64,000 nt of DNA from Eledone cirrhosa. Its lineage: Eukaryota. Below, piece by piece: positions 25,601-39,574 of the stretch. The stretch lies in the NCBI GenBank assembly GCA_964016885.1, contig OZ024743.1:35340001-35404000 (forward strand), given 5' to 3'. The position numbers and the translations under genes were made by a program. Position 1 is the stretch's first letter. The number at the start of each line of letters is the position of its first letter. The notes below the pieces were generated by a model. The model had not been told where the DNA came from and did no database searches. It saw only the letters and a list, made by a program, of their open reading frames with translations.

Positions 25601-28600
25601 ACATGTCTTAGTTTCTTATCCCTACCCTACATACAGGTCTTAGTTTCTTATCCCTACCCTACATACAGGTCTTAGTTTCTTATCCCTACCCTACATACAG
25701 GTCTTAGTTTCTTATCCCTACCCTACATGCATGTCTTAGTTTCTTATCCCTACCCTACAAGCATGTCTTAGTTTCTTATCCCTACCCTACATGCATGTCT
25801 TAGTTTCTTATCCCTACCCTACATGTAGGTCTTAGTTTCTTATCCCTACCCTACATACAGGTCTTAGTTTCTTATCCCTACCCTACATACAGGTCTTAGT
25901 TTCTTATCCCTACCCTACATACAGGTCTTAGTTTCTTATCCCTACCCTACATGCATGTCTTAGTTTCTTATCCCTACCCTACAAGCATGTCTTAGTTTCT
26001 TATCCCTACCTTACATGCATGTCTTAGTTTCTTATCCCTACCCTACAAGCATGTCTTAGTTTCTTATCCCTACCCTACATACAGGTCTTAGTTTCTTATC
26101 CTTACCCTACAAGCATGTCTTAGTTTCTTATCCCTACCCTACAAGCATGTCTTAGTTTCTTATCCCTACCCAACATACAGGTCTTAGTTTCTTATCCTTA
26201 CCCTACAAGCATGTCTTAGTTTCTTATCCCTACCCTACAAGCATGTCTTAGTTTCTTATCCCTACCCTACATGCATGTCTTAGTTTCTTATCCCTACCCT
26301 ACATACAGGTCTTAGTTTCTTATCCTTACCCTACAAGCATGTCTTAGTTTCTTATCCCTACCCTACAAGCATGTCTTAGTTTCTTATCCCTACCCTACAT
26401 GCATGTCTTAGTTTCTTATCCCTACCCTACAAGCATGTCTTAGTTTCTTATCCCTACCCTAGATACATGTCTTAGTTTCTTATCCCAACCCTACATACAG
26501 GTCTTAGCTACTTATCCTTACCCTACAAGCATGTCTTAGTTTCTTATCCCTACCCTACAAGCATGTCTTAGTTTCTTATCCCTACCCTACATGCATGTCT
26601 TAGTTTCTTATCCCTACCCTACAAGCATGTCTTAGTTTCTTATCCCTACCCTACATGCATGTCTTAGTTTCTTATCCCTACCCTACAAGCATGTCTTAGT
26701 TTCTTATCCCTACCCTACATACATGTCTTAGTTTCTTATCCCTACCCTACATACAGGTCTTAGTTTCTTATCCCTACCCTACATACAGGTCTTAGTTTCT
26801 TATCCCTACCCTACATACAGGTCTTAGTTTCTTATCCCTACCCTACATGCATGTCTTAGTTTCTTATCCCTACCCTACAAGCATGTCTTAGTTTCTTATC
26901 CCTACCCTACATGCATGTCTTAGTTTCTTATCCCTACCCTACATGTAGGTCATAGTTTCTTATCCCTACCCTACATGCATGTCTTAGTTTCTTATCCCTA
27001 CCCTACAAGCATGTCTTAGTTTCTTATCCCTACCCTACATACAGGTCTTAGTTTCTTATCCCTACCCTACATGCATGTCTTAGTTTCTTATCCCTACCCT
27101 ACAAGCATGTCTTAGTTTCTTATCCCTACCCTACAAGCATGTCTTAGTTTCTTATCCCTACCCTACATGCATGTCTTAGTTTCTTATCCCTACCCTACAT
27201 GTAGGTCATAGTTTCTTATCCCTACCCTACATGCATGTCTTAGTTTCTTATCCCTACCCTACAAGCATGTCTTAGTTTCTTATCCCTACCCTACATACAG
27301 GTCTTAGTTTCTTATCCCTACCCTACATACAGGTCTTAGTTTCTTATCCCTACCCTACATACAGGTCTTAGTTTCTTATCCCTACCCTACATACAGGTCT
27401 TAGTTTCTTATCCCTACCCTACATACATGTCTTAGTTTCTTATCCCTACCCTACATACAGGTCTTAGTTTCTTATCCCTACCCTACATACAGGTCTTAGT
27501 TTCTTATCCCTACCCTACATACAGGTCTTAGTTTCTCATCCCTACCCTACAAGCATGTCTTAGTTTCTTATCCCTACCCTACATACATGTCTTAGTTTCT
27601 TATCCCTACCCTACAAGCATGTCTTAGTTTCTTATCCCTACCCTACATGCATGTCTTAGTTTCTTATCCCTACCCTACAAGCATGTCTTAGTTTCTTATC
27701 CCTACCCTACAAGCATGTCTTAGTTTCTTATCCCTACCCCACAAGCATGTCTTAGTTTCTTATCCCTACCCTACATACAGGTCTTAGTTTCTTATCCCTA
27801 CCCTACATACAGGTCTTAGTTTCTTATCCTTACCCTACAAGCATGTCTTAGTTTCTTATCCCTACCCTACAAGCATGTCTTAGTTTCTTATCCCTACCCT
27901 ACATGCATGTCTTAGTTTCTTATCCCTACCCTACAAGCATGTCTTAGTTTCTTATCCCTACCCTACATGCATGTCTTAGTTTCTTATCCCTACCCTACAA
28001 GCATGTCTTAGTTTCTTATCCCTACCCTACATACATGTCTTAGTTTCTTATCCCTACCCTACATACAGGTCTTAGTTTCTTATCCCTACCCTACATACAG
28101 GTCTTAGTTTCTTATCCCTACCCTACATACAGGTCTTAGTTTCTTATCCATACCCTACATGCATGTATTAGTTTCTTATCCCTACCCTACAAGCATGTCT
28201 TAGTTTCTTATCCCTACCCTACATGCATGTCTTAGTTTCTTATCCCTACCCTACATGTAGGTCATAGTTTCTTATCCCTACCCTACATGCATGTCTTAGT
28301 TTCTTATCCCTACCCTACAAGCATGTCTTAGTTTCTTATCCCTACCCTACATGCATGTCTTAGTTTCTTATCCCTACCCTACAAGCATGTCTTAGTTTCT
28401 TATCCCTACCCTACATACAGGTCTTAGTTTCTTATCCCTACCCTACATGCATGTCTTAGTTTCTTATCCCTACCCTACAAGCATGTCTTAGTTTCTTATC
28501 CCTACCCTACATACAGGTCTTAGTTTCTTATCCCTACCCTACATGCATGTCTTAGTTTCTTATCCCTACCCTACAAGCATGTCTTAGTTTCTTATCCCTA

Positions 28601-31600
28601 CCCTACAAGCATGTCTTAGTTTCTTATCCCTACCCTACATGCATGTCTTAGTTTCTTATCCCTACCCTACATGTAGGTCATAGTTTCTTATCCCTACCCT
28701 ACATGCATGTCTTAGTTTCTTATCCCTACCCTACAAGCATGTCTTAGTTTCTTATCCCTACCCTACATACAGGTCTTAGTTTCTTATCCCTACCCTACAT
28801 ACAGGTCTTAGTTTCTTATCCCTACCTTACATACAGGTCTTAGTTTCTTATCCCTACCCTACATACAGGTCTTAGTTTCTTATCCCTACCCTACATACAG
28901 GTCTTAGTTTCTTATCCCTACCCTACATACAGGTCTTAGTTTCTTATCCCTACCCTACATACAGGTCTTAGTTTCTTATCCCTACCCTACAAGCATGTCT
29001 TAGTTTCTTATCCCTACCCTACATACAGGTCTTAGTTTCTTATCCCTACCCTACAAGCATGTCTTAGTTTCTTATCCCTACCCTACATACAGGTCTTAGT
29101 TTCTTATCCCTACCCTACAAGCATGTCTTAGTTTCTCATCCCTACCCTACATACATGTCTTAGTTTCTTATCCCTACCCTACATACATGTCTTAGTCTCT
29201 TATCCCTACCCTACATACAGGTCTTAGTTTCTTATCCCTACCCTACATACAGGTCTTAGTTTCTTATCCCTACCCTACAAGCATGTCTTAGTTTCTTATC
29301 CCTACCCTACATACAGGTCTTAGTTTCTTATCCCTACCCTACATACAGGTCTTAGTTTCTTATCCCTACCCTACAAGCATGTCTTAGTTTCTTATCCCTA
29401 CCCTACATACAGGTCTTAGTTTCTTATCCCTACCCTACATACAGGTCTTAGTTTCTTATCCCTACCCTACAAGCATGTCTTAGTGTCTTATCCCTACCCT
29501 ACATACAGGTCTTAGTTTCTTATCCCTACCCTACATACAGGTCTTAGTTTCTTATCCCTACCCTACAAGCATGTCTTAGTTTCTTATCCCTACCCTACAT
29601 ACAGGTCTTAGTTTCTTATCCCTACCCTACAAGCATGTCTTAGTTTCTTATCCCTACCCTACATACAGGTCTTAGTTTCTTATCCCTACCCTACAAGCAT
29701 GTCTTAGTTTCTCATCCCTACCCTACATACATGTCTTAGTTTCTTATCCCTACCCTACATGCATGTCTTAGTTTCTTATCCCTACCCTACATACAGGTCT
29801 TAGTTTCTTATCCCTACCCTACATGCATGTCTTAGTTTCTTATCCCTACCCTACATACAGGTCTTAGTTTCTTATCCCTACCCTACAAGCATGTCTTAGT
29901 TTCTTATCCCTACCCTACATGCATGTCTTAGTTTCTTATCCCTACCCTACAAGCATGTCTTAGTTTCTTATCCCTACCCTACATACAGGTCTTAGTTTCT
30001 TATCCCTACCCTACATACATGTCTTAGTTTCTTATCCCTACCCTACAAGCATGTCTTAGTTTCTTATCCCTACCCTACATACATGTCTTAGTTTCTTATA
30101 CCTACCCTACAAGCATGTCTTAGTTTCTTATCCCTACCCTACATACAGATCTTAGTTTCTTATCCCTACCCTACATACATGTCTTACTTTCTTATCCCTA
30201 CCCTACAAGCATGTCTTAGTTTCTTATCCCTACCCTACATACATGTCTTAGTTTCTTATCCCTACCCTACAAGCATGTCTTAGTTTCTTATCCCTACCCT
30301 ACATACAGGTCTTAGTTTCTTATCCCTACCCTACATACATGTCTTAGTTTCTTATCCCTACCCTACAAGCATGTCTTAGTTTCTTATCCCTACCCTACAA
30401 GCATGTCTTAGTTTCTTATCCCTACCCTACATACAGGTCTTAGTTTCTTATCCCTACCCTACATGTACGTCATAGTTTCTCATCCCTACCCTACATACAG
30501 GTCTTAGTTTCTTATCCCTACCCTACAAGCATGTCTTAGTTTCTTATCCCTACCCTACATACAGGTCTTAGTTTCTTATCCCTACCCTACATACAGGTCT
30601 TAGTTTCTTATCCCTACCCTACAAGCATGTCTTAGTTTCTTATCCCTACCCTACATACAGGTCTTAGTTTCTTATCCTTACCCTACAAGCATGTCTTAGT
30701 TTCTTATCCCTACCCTACATACATGTCTTAGTTTCTTATCCCTACCCTACAAGCATGTCTTAGTTTCTTATCCCTACCCTACAAGCATGTCTTAGTTTCT
30801 TATCCCTACCCTACATACATGTCTTAGTTTCTTATCCCTACCCTACAAGCATGTCTTAGTTTCTTATCCCTACCCTACATACAGGTCTTAGTTTCTTATC
30901 CCTACCCTACATACAGGTCTTAGTTTCTTATCCCTACCCTACAAGCATGTCTTAGTTTCTTATCCCTACCCTACATACAGGTCTCAGTTTCTTATCCCTA
31001 CCCTACATACAGGTCTTAGTTTCTTATCCCTACCCTACAAGCATGTCTTAGTTTCTTATCCCTACCCTACATACAGGTCTTAGTTTCTTATCCCTACCCT
31101 ACATACAGGTCTTAGTTTCTTATCCCTACCCTACAAGCATGTCTTAGTTTCTTATCCCTACCCTACATACAGGTCTTAGTTTCTTATCCCTACCCTACAA
31201 GCATGTCTTAGTTTCTTATCCCTACCCTACATACAGGTCTTAGTTTCTTATCCCTACCCTACAAGCATGTCTTAGTTTCTCATCCCTACCCTACATACAT
31301 GTCTTAGTTTCTTATCCCTACCCTACATGCATGTCTTAGTTTCTTATCCCTACCCTACATACAGGTCTTAGTTTCTTATCCCTACCCTACATACAGGTCT
31401 TAGTTTCTTATCCCTACCCTACATGCATGTCTTAGTTTCTTATCCCTACCCTACATACAGGTCTTAGTTTCTTATCCCTACCCTACAAGCATGTCTTAGT
31501 TTCTTATCCCTACCCTACATGCATGTCTTAGTTTCTTATCCCTACCCTACAAGCATGTCTTAGTTTCTTATCCCTACCCTACATACAGGTCTTAGTTTCT

Positions 31601-32614
31601 TATCCCTACCCTACATACATGTCTTAGTTTCTTATCCCTACCCTACAAGCATGTCTTAGTTTCTTATCCCTACCCTACATACATGTCTTAGTTTCTTATC
31701 CCTACCCTACAAGCATGTCTTAGTTTCTTATCCCTACCCTACATACAGGTCTTAGTTTCTTATCCCTACCCTACATACATGTCTTAGTTTCTTATCCCTA
31801 CCCTACAAGCATGTCTTAGTTTCTTATCCCTACCCTACATACATGTCTTAGTTTCTTATCCCTACCCTACAAGCATGTCTTAGTTTCTTATCCCTACCCT
31901 ACATACAGGTCTTAGTTTCTTATCCCTACCCTACATACATGTCTTAGTTTCTTATCCCTACCCTACATACAGGTCTTAGTTTCTTATCCCTACCCTACAT
32001 ACATGTCTTAGTTTCTTATCCCTACCCTACAAGCATGTCTTAGTTTCTTATCCCTACCCTACATACAGGTCTTAGTTTCTTATCCCTACCCTACATACAT
32101 GTCTTAGTTTCTTATCCCTACCCTACAAGCATGTCTTAGTTTCTTATCCCTACCCTACATACATGTCTTAGTTTCTTATCCCTACCCTACAAGAATGTCT
32201 TAGTTTCTTATCCCTACCCTACATACAGGTCTTAGTTTCTTATCCCTACCCTACATACATGTCTTAGTTTCTTATCCCTACCCTACAAGCATGTCTTAGT
32301 TTCTTATCCCTACCCTACATACAGGTCTTAGTTTCTTATCCCTACCCTACATACATGTCTTAGTTTCTTATCCCTACCCTACATACAGGTCTTAGTTTCT
32401 TATCCCTACCCTACATACATGTCTTAGTTTCTTATCCCTACCCTACAAGCATGTCTTAGTTTCTTATCCCTACCCTACATGTACGTCATAGTTTCTCATC
32501 CCTACCCTACATGCATGTCTTAGTTTCTTATCCCTACCCTACATGTACGTCATAGTTTCTTATCCCTACTCTACATGTAGATCATAGTTTCTTATCCCTA
32601 CCCTACATACATGT
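13678..32614. repeat. 32-bp satellite, ~590 units: GTCTTAGTTTCTTATCCCTACCCTAC plus a 6-nt variant
   Basis: The register recurs every 480 nt (15 x 32). Variants are ATACAG, AAGCAT, ATGCAT, ATACAT, ATGTAC and ATGTAG. Confidence 0.99.
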
Positions 32615-32747
32615 TTATCATTTCTCCACCTCTACCACACACAAAAACATAATAATAATAATAGTAATTAGATCATCACATACAGCTAGTTAAGCATTCA
32701 GTAACACATGTTAAAATAATTTTGGCTCTTCAACAATGGTATCGGTA

Positions 32748-32773
32748 TCAATGACTATCTTGGATTAATTTCT
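32748..32773 (-). CDS. TMEM141: Probable last coding exon of TMEM141 ((E)KLIQDSH*)
   Basis: Strong acceptor tttttcttctatttgcag|; phase 1 matches the donor at 39159; short C-terminus as expected for the family. An alternative acceptor exists near 38702. Confidence 0.5.
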
Positions 32774-32905
32774 CTGCAAATAGAAGAAAAATATCATCAT
32801 TATCATCAAACTATCTTCATCATCAAATCATCATTAACCCCCCCCCCCCACCACCACCACAATTATCAATGTTATTCTTACCACAACTATCAAGACATTA
32901 TATTT

Positions 32906-35900
32906 AACACAACATATTCTGACTACCACACCCCACACCACACATCTTGAATGAATGCTACAACCCCCACAACATATTCTGACTGCCACACCCCACACCA
33001 CACATCTTGAATGAATGCTACAACCCCCACAACATATTCTGACTGCCACACCCCACACCACACATCTTGAGTGATTGCTACAACCCCCACAACATATTCT
33101 GACTGCCACACCCCACACTACATGTCTTGAATGATTGCTACAACCCCCACAACATATTCTGACTGCCACACACCACACCACATGTCTTGAATGATTGCTA
33201 CAACCCCCACAACATATTCTGACTGCCACACCCCACACTACATGTCTTGAATGAATGCTACAACTCCCACAACATATTCTGACTGCCACACCCCACACTA
33301 CATGTCTTGAATGATTGCTACAACACCCACAACATATTCTGACTGCCACACCCCACACCACATGTCTTGAATGATTGCTACAACCCCCACAACATATTCT
33401 GACTGCCACACCCCACACCACATGTCTTGAATAATTGCTACAACCCCCACAACATATTCTGACTGCCACACCACACACTACATGTCTTGAATGATTGCTA
33501 CAACCCCCACAACATATTCTGACTGCCACACCCCACACCACATGTCTTGAATAATTGCTACAACTCCCACAACATATTCTGACTGCCACACCCCACACCA
33601 CATGTCTTGAATAATTGCTACAACCCCCACAACATATTCTGACTGCCACACCCCACACCACATGTCTTGAATAATTGCTACAACCCCCACAACATATTCT
33701 GACTGCCACACCCCACACTACATGTCTTGAATGATTGCTACAACCCCCACAACATATTCTGACTGCCACACCCCACACCACATGTCTTGAATAATTGCTA
33801 CAACTCCCACAACATATTCTGACTGCCACACCCCACACCACACGTCTTGAATGATTGCTACAACCCCCACAACATATTCTGACTACCACACCCCACACTA
33901 CATGTCTTGAATGATTGCTACAACCCCCACAACATATTCTGACTCCCACACCCCACACTACATGTCTTGAATGACTGCTACAACCCCCACAACATATTCT
34001 GACTGCCACACCCCACCCTACATATCTTGAATGATTGCTACAACTCCCACAACATATTCTGACTGCCACACCCCACACTACATGTCTTGAATGATTGCTA
34101 CAACCCCCACAACATATTCTGACTGCCACACCCCACCCTACATATCTTGAATGATTGCTACAACCCCCACAACATATTCTGACTGCCACACCCCACACCA
34201 CATGTCTTGAATGATTGCTACAACTCCCACAACATATTCTGACTGCCACACCCCACACTACATGTCTTGAATGATTGCTACAACCCCCACAACATATTCT
34301 GACTGCCACACCCCACCCTACATATCTTGAATGATTGCTACAACCCCCACAACATATTCTGACTGCCACACCCCACACCACATGTCTTGAATGATTGCTA
34401 CAACTCCCACAACATATTCTGACTGCCACACCCCACACTACATGTCTTGAATGATTGCTACAACCCCCACAACATATTCTGACTGCCACACCCCACCCTA
34501 CATATCTTGAATGATTGCTACAACCCCCACAACATATTCTGACTGCCACACCCCACACCACATGTCTTGAATGATTGCTACAACTCCCACAACATATTCT
34601 GACTGCCACACCCCACACCACACGTCTTGAATGAATGCTACAACCCCCACAACATATTCTGACTGCCACACCCCACACTACATGTCTTGAATGATTGCTA
34701 CAACCCCCACAACATATTCTGACTGCCACACCCCACACTACATGTCTTGAATGATTGCTACAACTCCCACAACATATTCTGACTGCCACACCCCATACTA
34801 CATGTCTTGAATGAATGCTACAACTCCCACAACATATTCTGACTGCCACACCCCACACTACATGTCTTGAATGATTGCTACAACTCCCACAACATATTCT
34901 GACTGCCACACCTCACACTACATGTCTTGAATGATTGCTACAACTCCCACAACATATTCTGACTGCCACACCTCACACTACATGTCTTGAATGATTGCTA
35001 CAACTCCCACAACATATTCTGACTGCCACACCCCACACTACATGTCTTGCATGATTGCTACAACTCCCACAACATATTCTGATTGCCACACCCCACACTA
35101 CATGTCTTGAATGATTGCTACAACCCCCACAACATATTCTGACTGCCACACCCCACACCACATGTCTTGAATGATTGCTACAACTCCCACAACATATTCT
35201 GACTGCCACACCCCACCCTACATATCTTGAATGATTGCTACAACCCCCACAACATATTCTGACTGCCACACCCCACACCACATGTCTTGAATGATTGCTA
35301 CAACCCCCACAACATATTCTGACTGCCACACCCCACACTACATGTCTTGAATGATTGCTACAACTCCCACAACATATTCTGACTGCCACACCCCACACTA
35401 CATGTCTTGAATGATTGCTACAACTCCCACAACATATTCTGACTGCCACACCCCACACTACATGTCTTGAATGATTGCTACAACTCCCACAACATATTCT
35501 GACTGCCACACCCCACACTACATGTCTTGAATGATTGCTACAACTCCCACAACATATTCTGACTGCCACACCCCACACTACATGTCTTGAATGATTGCTA
35601 CAACTCCCACAACATATTCTGACTGCCACACCCCATACTACATGTCTTGAATGATTGCTACAACCCCCACAACATATTCTGACTGCCACACCCCACACTA
35701 CATATCTTGAATGATTGCTACAACCCCCACAACATATTCTGACTGCCACACCCCACACTACATGTCTTGAATGATTGCTACAACTCCCACAACATATTCT
35801 GACTGCCACACCCCACACCACATGTCTTGAATGATTGCTACAACTCCCACAACATATTCTGACTGCCACACCCCACACTACATGTCTTGAATGATTGCTA

Positions 35901-38200
35901 CAACTCCCACAACATATTCTGACTGCCACACCCCACACTACATGTCTTGAATGATTGCTACAACTCCCACAACATATTCTGACTGCCACACCCCACACTA
36001 CATGTCTTGAATAATTGCTACAACTCCCACAACATATTCTGACTGCCACACCCCACCCTACATATCTTGAATGATTGCTACAACTCCCACAACATATTCT
36101 GACTGCCACACCCCACACTACATGTCTTGAATGATTGCTACAACCCCCACAACATATTCTGACTGCCACACCCCACCCTACATATCTTGAATGATTGCTA
36201 CAACCCCCACAACATATTCTGACTGCCACACCCCACACTACATGTGTTGAATGATTGCTACAACCCCCACAACATATTCTGACTGCCACACCCCACACTA
36301 CATGTCTTGAATGATTGCTACAACCCCCACAACATATTCTGACTGCCACACCCCACCCTACATATCTTGAATGATTGCTACAACCCCCACAACATATTCT
36401 GACTGCCACACCCCACACTACATGTCTTGAATGATTGCTACAACCCCTACAACATATTCTGACTGCCACACCCCACCCTACATATCTTGAATGATTGCTA
36501 CAACCCCCACAACATATTCTGACTGCCACACCCCACACTACATGTCTTGAATGATTGCTACAACCCCCACAACATATTCTGACTGCCACACCCCACACTA
36601 CATGTCTTGAATGATTGCTACAACTCCCACAACATATTCTGACTGCCACACCCCACCCTACATATCTTGAATGATTGCTACAACCCCCACAACATATTCT
36701 GACTGCCACACCCCACACCACATGTCTTGAATGATTGCTACAACCCCCACAACATATTCTGACTGCCACACCCCACACTACATGTCTTGAATGATTGCTA
36801 CAACTCCCACAACATATTCTGACTGCCACACCCCACACTACATGTCTTGAATGATTGCTACAACTCCCACAACATATTCTGACTGCCACACCCCACACTA
36901 CATGTCTTGAATGATTGCTACAACTCCCACAACATATTCTGACTGCCACACCCCACACTACATGTCTTGAATGATTGCTACAACTCCCACAACATATTCT
37001 GACTGCCACACCCCACACTACATGTCTTGAATGATTGCTACAACTCCCACAACATATTCTGACTGCCACACCCCATACTACATGTCTTGAATGATTGCTA
37101 CAACCCCCACAACATATTCTGACTGCCACACCCCACACTACATATCTTGAATGATTGCTACAACCCCCACAACATATTCTGACTGCCACACCCCACACTA
37201 CATGTCTTGAATGATTGCTACAACCCCCACAACATATTCTGACTGCCACACCCCACACTACATGTCTTGAATGATTGCTACAACTCCCACAACATATTCT
37301 GACTGCCACACCCCACACTACATGTCTTGAATGATTGCTACAACTCCCACAACATATTCTGACTGCCACACCCCACACTACATGTCTTGAATGATTGCTA
37401 CAACTCCCACAACATATTCTGACTGCCACACCCCACACTACATGTCTTGAATGATTGCTACAACTCCCACAACATATTCTGACTGCCACACCCCACACTA
37501 CATGTCTTGAATGATTGCTACAACTCCCACAACATATTCTGACTGCCACACCCCATACTACATGTCTTGAATGATTGCTACAACCCCCACAACATATTCT
37601 GACTGCCACACCCCACACTACATATCTTGAATGATTGCTACAACCCCCACAACATATTCTGACTGCCACACCCCACACTACATGTCTTGAATGATTGCTA
37701 CAACCCCCACAACATATTCTGACTGCCACACCCCACACTACATGTCTTGAATGACTGCTACAACTCCCACAACATATTCTGACTGCCACACCCCACACTA
37801 CATGTCTTGAATGAATGCTACAACTCCCACAACATATTCTGACTGCCACACCCCACACCACATGTCTTGAATGATTGCTACAACTCCCACAACATATTCT
37901 GACTGCCACACCCCACACTACATGTCTTGAATGAATGCTACAACTCCCACAACATATTCTGACTGCCACACCCCACACCACATGTCTTGAATGATTGCTA
38001 CAACTCCCACAACATATTCTGACTGCCACACCCCACACTACATGTCTTGAATGATTGCTACAACTCCCACAACATATTCTGACTGCCACACCCCACACTA
38101 CATGTCTTGAATGACTGCTACAACTCCCACAACATATTCTGACTATCACACCCCACACTACATGTCTTGAATGATTGCTACAACTCCCACAACATATTCT
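32906..38200. repeat. 60-bp minisatellite, ~88 units
   Basis: CATGTCTTGAATGATTGCTACAAC[T/C]CCCACAACATATTCTGACTGCCACACCCCACAC[T/C]A repeats exactly once per 60-nt line with no indels. Confidence 0.99.
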
Positions 38201-38326
38201 GTCATGTGCCTATCCCATACTCTATATCCAGACTGCCCATCTACTATATCACATTGTGTTTAGAGACAGTTAAATTTAATACACATTGGAAAGGCATGAA
38301 CATGAGAACTCTCATTATAGCTTATA

Positions 38327-38514
38327 AGGGCGGTGAATTGGCAGTATCGGTAGAGGGTTGGACGCCATGCTTTGACGCATAGAGTTACGGCCCTTGCCAT
38401 TCTGAGTTCAAATCCCGCCGAGGTTAACTTTGCCTTTCATCCTTATGGGGTCGATAAAATAAAGTACCAGTAATGTACTGGGTAATTGCTGGCCTTGTGC
38501 CAAAAGTAGAAACA
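38327..38514 (+). mobile_element. Full-length SINE family A with 13-bp target-site duplication
   Basis: ATTATAGCTTATA at 38314-38326 and 38515-38527; box A and box B present. Confidence 0.9.
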
Positions 38515-38800
38515 ATTATAGCTTATATTGACTGCCACACTACCCCCTCCCCCCACAACACATCCATATTTCCACATTACATACACCACCAACACCATTT
38601 CAGTGTTTGAACAGACTGAAACATGGCAATTTCAATGTTTCTGCATGTGTATGTATAATCATCAAATATTCAATGAAGTACCACCCTGATGACACAAGTA
38701 AGCTGAAGAAGAGTCATTTGGTGGTAGTGGTAGTGGTAGCAGTAGGATGTGGAGAGGAGAGGCACTCTACAACAACATCAACAGTAATAAATGTCTAGAG

Positions 38801-39132
38801 CAGCGTTTCTCAACCTTTTTACCCTTGTGGAACCCTTGAAATAGGTTCATGTTTCAGGGAACCCCTACATAAAAATTATTATATACCATTATTAATATCT
38901 ATCTCTTATATTGACCTAGTTTTAAATAATATAAGAGGTTGAAGCCTTTCTTAAAATAAACAAGGATTTTCCGACTATATGCCGTAAATGCATAGTAAAA
39001 TTACGAATATAAAATTAAACAAAAATTGCTTTTAAGAAATACATTAGTTTATTTATCACTGGTTCTCGCGGAACCCCTAGCGACCTCTTGCGGAATCCTA
39101 GGGTTCCGGGGAACACTGGTTGAGAAACGCTG
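38801..39132. mobile_element. hAT (Charlie-like) MITE
   Basis: TIRs CAGCGTTTCTCAACC / GGTTGAGAAACGCTG; perfect 8-bp TSD GTCTAGAG (38793-38800, 39133-39140). Confidence 0.93.
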
Positions 39133-39158
39133 GTCTAGAGAGAGATAGAGATAATTAC

Positions 39159-39350
39159 CAGATTCAGCTGTAGTTACAGGTTCGTTCTGTTCAAGGGCTA
39201 CCCACAATTTCTGACAAATCCTGGTGTTGTGCTGAGTTACATAATAACCTGACACACATCCAAGAAAGACAGGGGCCAGTAAAAATGCATTCCTACCAAA
39301 AGGGAGTTTTGACCTCATCAATTCCTGAGCAATGTAAATGCCAGAAGCCA
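39159..39350 (-). CDS. TMEM141: TMEM141 coding exon ((M)ASGIYIAQELMRSKLPFGRNAFLLAPVFLGCVSGYYVTQHNTRICQKLWVALEQNEPVTTAES)
   Basis: cactgcag| acceptor, G|GTAATT donor, phase 1-1. The Q..M..KLP...G.V..Y.VT.....C..LW..LE pattern matches my recollection of TMEM141. Confidence 0.85.
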
Positions 39351-39574
39351 CTGCAGTGAAAATATAATAAAACAACAAACATGTTTATGTGTGTTATTAT
39401 ATATAAACAGATTAAAAAAATGTTTTTGTATATACTTTGCATCCCACTGTACTACATATGAAAGTGTATTTTTTGCTTACAGGCAGGGCTAGTTGCTTAA
39501 GAGGTTCGCTTTGTTACCATGTGGTTCCAAGTTAAATACTAACATACCTTGGTCAAGTGTTTTCTACCAAAGCA

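Noticed and set aside
13678-32614. CRISPR-like repeat-spacer array
   Set aside because: The variable part is only 6 nt and drawn from about six recurring states rather than unique spacers; there are no cas genes and the context is eukaryotic.
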